Below, in pieces: positions 60,176 to 64,000 of a DNA stretch of 64,000 nucleotides. Position numbers and translations under genes: made by a program. The stretch's first letter is position 1, and every line of letters begins with the position of its first letter. The notes beneath the pieces are model-generated. The model was not told the DNA's origin, searched no databases, and worked only from the letters and a program-made list of their open reading frames with translations. The stretch spans positions 32,001 through 96,000 of the forward strand of contig JAVJWO010000195.1 in the NCBI GenBank assembly GCA_040222015.1. The letters are read 5' to 3'. The stretch is from Coleofasciculus chthonoplastes F2-STO-03. Lineage in GTDB: Bacteria > Cyanobacteriota > Cyanobacteriia > Cyanobacteriales > Coleofasciculaceae.

Positions 60176-60445
60176 AGGGCAGCTAGGGGTGGAGTCCAGG
60201 GAAGTGCTATACCTTCATTCTGACAACGGGGATCAGGAATTGGTAGGGGAAAAGCCCCCGCTCTCAACTGGGGGATCATACCCAATTCCGTTATTTTAGT
60301 TCTTGGTCATCTGTCTTTGGGGATTAGTACCCGATGGCACAAGACAAGTCGCGGTATAGAGTAGAGCTAAAACCATGAACCGTTTATTACCTACCCAATT
60401 TATCAAAAATTGCTCATAAGCTGTACTTGATCCGAAGAACCACCC

Positions 60446-61591
60446 ATGACCAATGACCTATTGCTTTCCAGCTATAACTATGATCTGCCAGAGGGTCAGA
60501 TTGCTCAAACACCCATTTCTCCTAGAGATAGTTCTCTTTTGCTCGTGGTTCAGTCTCCAACTCATCACCAACACTTCATTTTCCGAAATTTACCTCAGTT
60601 ATTGCGTTCCGGCGACCTGTTGGTTTTGAATAATACCCGGGTGATCCCGGCTCGACTTTATGGGCGGAAGGTAACGGGTACGCCTGTGGAAGTGTTGTTG
60701 CTAGAGGAACGGGGACAGAACTGTTGGTTGGCATTGGTGAAACCGGGACGACGGCTAAAAGTGGGTTCAACGATAGTCTTTGAACCGGATCAACCTATCG
60801 TTCAAGCCAGTCATGGAAAGACTCCCCTATCTTCAGAGGATACAGAAACACCAAGACAGGACAATACAAAGAATAGATCTCCCCTGAAGGCAACAATTAT
60901 TGCCAGAGATGATGCAACCAGTGGGCGTCTATTGCAGTTTGACCTACCCAAGGGGGAGTCCCTAGTCACCCTGTTAGCCAACTATGGTCAAGTGCCTTTT
61001 CCGCCTTACATCACCCACTCTCAAGCCACACCCGATCAGTATCAAACCGTATACGCCCAAATCCCTGGTGCAGTAGCTGCGCCGACAGCCGGATTACATT
61101 TCACCCCTGAACTGTTGGAGAGGTGTCACATAAGCGGAATTGAGCAGGCGTCGATTACCTTGCATGTTGGTGTTGGCACATTTCGCCCAGTGGAGGTAGA
61201 AGATGTAACGAATCATCAAATGCATGGCGAGTGGTTGGAGATACCCCCTGCAACGGTGGCACAAATTCAGCAAACAAAAGCCGCCGGGGGGCGGGTGATT
61301 GCCGTTGGCACAACCGTGGTTAGGGCGTTGGAAGGGGCAGCGGCGAGTGGGGAATTGCAACCCTATTGCGGCAAAACCGAATTATTTATTTATCCGGGCT
61401 ATCAGTGGCAGGTGGTTGATGGGTTGATTACCAACTTTCACTTGCCCCGTTCCACGTTGTTGATGCTCGTAAGTGCATTGATTGGCAGAGAACGACTGTT
61501 GAAGTTGTATGCTGAAGCGATCGCGTATAATTATCGATTTTATTCCTTTGGTGATGCCATGCTGATTTTGCCAGAAGCTGTTAACCATTAA
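60446..61591 (+). CDS. queA: S-adenosylmethionine:tRNA ribosyltransferase-isomerase
   Basis: [58 protein letters not shown]. Confidence 0.97.
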   Translation: MTNDLLLSSYNYDLPEGQIAQTPISPRDSSLLLVVQSPTHHQHFIFRNLPQLLRSGDLLVLNNTRVIPARLYGRKVTGTPVEVLLLEERGQNCWLALVKPGRRLKVGSTIVFEPDQPIVQASHGKTPLSSEDTETPRQDNTKNRSPLKATIIARDDATSGRLLQFDLPKGESLVTLLANYGQVPFPPYITHSQATPDQYQTVYAQIPGAVAAPTAGLHFTPELLERCHISGIEQASITLHVGVGTFRPVEVEDVTNHQMHGEWLEIPPATVAQIQQTKAAGGRVIAVGTTVVRALEGAAASGELQPYCGKTELFIYPGYQWQVVDGLITNFHLPRSTLLMLVSALIGRERLLKLYAEAIAYNYRFYSFGDAMLILPEAVNH

Positions 61592-61698
61592 AGGGCAACC
61601 AATCGGGGAGTGAAATTGGCACTATTAAGTAGGATAAAACGCTATAAACCCTTTCCCCCGCCCACATTCTTTATTCAATTTCCCAATCGTCTTCTACC

Positions 61699-62982
61699 AT
61701 GTCTAAACATTACCATCTCCGCTTTGGACTTGCCGCCGCCGCGATCGCACTCAGTTTCCTGTCGGTTAGTCCCGCCTTGTCCGATAGTCTACCCAAGCGC
61801 CAGCACAGTAAGCAGTTAGTTGAGGGACTATACACGAATGACCTCGAAGCGGCGACATTTTTTCAACAAGGTGTCATGCGCTATAATCGCAGCGACTTCA
61901 AAACCGCCGAGTTAGCCTTTCGCAAAGCCCTCCAGGAAGATCCGTTTATCCCGATGGCACGGTATTTACTGGGGAATGCCCTGTTTCAGCAAGGTCAAAT
62001 TGACTCGGCGGCTGAACAATACCGCATGGCTATTGGTCTTGATCCGAATATGACAGAGGCGCATTACAATCTGGGCTTGATGTTATACCAGCAAGGCAAT
62101 ATCGAGGAAGCGATTAGTGCCTATCAACAGGCGATCGCGCTTGATCCCAATTTAGCCGCCGCTCGCTATAATTTGGGCTTAGCATTAGAAGCCCAAGGTG
62201 AGACCGAAGCAGCGCTGAGTGAATACACACAAGCCGTTCGCCTCAATCCCAACTCCGCTGTTGCTAAGTACAATTTGGCTTTACTCCTGGCAAAAGAGAA
62301 CCAAACAGATTCCGCGATCGCGGCACTACGGCAAGCCCTTCGCAACGATTCCCAATTCATACAAGCCCATTACCAACTAGGATTGCTGTTAGCTCAACAA
62401 AACCAGATTACTGAAGCCAAAAATTCTTTTCTCAGAGCAACTCAAATCAATTCACGATTTGCACCGGCTCACTATCGGCTGGGGCTAATTTTTCTGCAAC
62501 AAGGGGATGTAGAAGAAGCTATTCGTCGATTTAATTGGGTAACGCAGCTCGATCCAGACAATGTGGATGCTTACCGCCAATTGGGAGCCGCGCTGATTAA
62601 AAACAGGGAATACGAGAACGCGATCGCGGCACTGGAACGCGCCATATCACTCGATCCTTACGATTCGCTAGCGCACTACAATTTAGCAGTAGCGCTGCAT
62701 CGAAATCAGCAGTATGAGGACGCGATTTCCGAATATCAACAAGCCATTCTACTCAATCCAAAACTATCACTCGCGTTTTACAATATGGGAATTGCCCTCC
62801 AGCAAGTTGGACGGGGACAAGAGGCAGTTTCTTTCCTTTTAGAAGCGAGAAATTTGTTTATTGAAGAAGGTAATTTGGAGAAAATTGATGCGGTTAACCA
62901 GTATCTAACCCAACTGAATATTTCATCAAACCCATTGCCCAATTCATTCCAGCCAATGCCTGCAATAACCGCAGAACCTTAG
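61699..62982 (+). CDS. Secreted tetratricopeptide repeat protein
   Basis: Signal peptide plus about 10 34-aa TPR units (AHYNLG..L...G...EAI..Y..AI.LDP). Confidence 0.93.
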   Translation: MSKHYHLRFGLAAAAIALSFLSVSPALSDSLPKRQHSKQLVEGLYTNDLEAATFFQQGVMRYNRSDFKTAELAFRKALQEDPFIPMARYLLGNALFQQGQIDSAAEQYRMAIGLDPNMTEAHYNLGLMLYQQGNIEEAISAYQQAIALDPNLAAARYNLGLALEAQGETEAALSEYTQAVRLNPNSAVAKYNLALLLAKENQTDSAIAALRQALRNDSQFIQAHYQLGLLLAQQNQITEAKNSFLRATQINSRFAPAHYRLGLIFLQQGDVEEAIRRFNWVTQLDPDNVDAYRQLGAALIKNREYENAIAALERAISLDPYDSLAHYNLAVALHRNQQYEDAISEYQQAILLNPKLSLAFYNMGIALQQVGRGQEAVSFLLEARNLFIEEGNLEKIDAVNQYLTQLNISSNPLPNSFQPMPAITAEP

Positions 62983-63182
62983 TCAACTTAACGGTTAACT
63001 GAGCGGTTGTAGACGTGGAGGTAACCGGAGCCGACTCCCTTGGCTGAGACGGGAAGAAAACATCAGATTTTAGCTTTAGCTAGGTTTGAGTAAGTTTTTC
63101 GGAGCAGTCCTACGCTAGATAGTGTTGCTTGCGCTAGATTGTACTGTTATATAAAGACTGCCAGTACCTTGGAGTGTCATTC

Positions 63183-64000
63183 ATGTCCGTAGAATCCGCT
63201 ATCAGCGAAGCTGCCATTGAGCAGAATCTGGAACAATTTCTCTTGGTGCTGTCGGTGTCTCTGAGTGTCGCCACGGTTTCCCGGATTTTTCCGTTGTTCC
63301 GCAAAATCCCTTATACCTTACTTCTGGTTATTGTCGGCTTAGGTTTAGCCTTTGTAGATGTGCGCCTGGTGAACCTATCCCCCGAACTGATTCTAGAGAT
63401 TTTCCTTCCCCCCCTCCTCTTTGAAGCAGCCTGGAATATCCGTTGGCGGGATTTGCGGCGGGATTTAATCCCGGTGATTCTGTTTGCAGTGGTAGGGGTG
63501 GTGATTTCGGTGCTGGGAATTGCCTTTACCATTACCCAATTCACCGAATTACCCCTAGCGCTCGCATTATTAGTCAGCGCGAGTCTAGCCGCAACTGATC
63601 CGGTATCAGTAATCGCCCTATTCCGGGAACTGGGTGCGGATAAACGCCTGAAAACCCTCATGGAGGGGGAAAGCTTATTTAATGATGGTGTCGCCGTCGT
63701 CGCCTTTCTCTTATTAGTCGGTATTCCCCTCGGTACGCAGGAATTTTCCCTATCCACCACAGTTGCCCAATTCTTTACCTTTATCGGAATTGGTATCGGT
63801 GTCGGTTGCTTAATCGGGTTTGGTATTTCCTTTCTTACCCAACGCTTTGATTTACCCCTCGTCGAACAATCCCTGACGTTAGTCTCTGCCTATGGCACCT
63901 ACCTGATTACCGAAGAACTCGGTGGTTCTGGGGTAATTGGCGTAGTAACTGTGGGGTTAGTTCTGGGAAACTTTGGTTCCCGGATTGGCATGAACCCCCG
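63183..64000 (+). CDS. CPA1 Na+/H+ antiporter (NhaP/NhaS1-like), runs off window end
   Basis: Hand translation MSVESAISEAAIEQNL..IFLPPLLFEAA..ATDPVSV..EGESLFNDG; not in the ORF track. Confidence 0.92.
   Translation, partial: MSVESAISEAAIEQNLEQFLLVLSVSLSVATVSRIFPLFRKIPYTLLLVIVGLGLAFVDVRLVNLSPELILEIFLPPLLFEAAWNIRWRDLRRDLIPVILFAVVGVVISVLGIAFTITQFTELPLALALLVSASLAATDPVSVIALFRELGADKRLKTLMEGESLFNDGVAVVAFLLLVGIPLGTQEFSLSTTVAQFFTFIGIGIGVGCLIGFGISFLTQRFDLPLVEQSLTLVSAYGTYLITEELGGSGVIGVVTVGLVLGNFGSRIGMNP

Noticed and set aside
63311..63760. 149-aa minus-strand ORF
   Set aside because: Antisense shadow of the Na+/H+ antiporter that starts at 63183
1..64000. Abundant GCGATCGC octamers
   Set aside because: HIP1, the normal cyanobacterial genome signature

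Overview
64 kb of chromosome from a filamentous cyanobacterium. Evidence for this: dense HIP1 GCGATCGC sites, STRR heptamer arrays and photosynthesis genes; Oscillatoriales/Coleofasciculus-like is an inference. The backbone is housekeeping and conserved cyanobacterial genes: a partial GH10-like glycosidase, recF, a P-type ATPase, an ShlB/FhaC transporter, a DUF4912 protein, an LCP protein, an FHA-LamG-CHAT exoprotein, accD, psbV/psbV2, psbX (absent from the ORF track), ycf66, an SLH protein, an Hpt plus REC-HK pair, glgA, USP, FIST, cp12, gor, several pentapeptide proteins, a NACHT-pentapeptide protein, a ycf55-like regulator, queA, a TPR protein and a partial Na+/H+ antiporter. On top of this is a dense layer of mobile DNA. 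(1) An IS607 element carries a pro-Fanzor-like TnpB whose reading frame is open across almost all of tnpA. The TnpB has an internal deletion, and the element sits in the last codon of glgA. (2) Two tnpB-only IS200/IS605 elements have intact RuvC triads. (3) There are orphan IS605 right-end remnants, several MITE families (some nested, some with clear TSDs), GTAG-type REP palindromes, and a recurring composite cassette of 9-mer array, hairpin and heptamer array. Other notable items: a tandem RNase III-fold protein that has lost most catalytic acids, an XRE-linked mini-module with a structured leader, and several genes whose ATG lies in the register of a heptamer repeat. No CRISPR array, rRNA or tRNA was seen.
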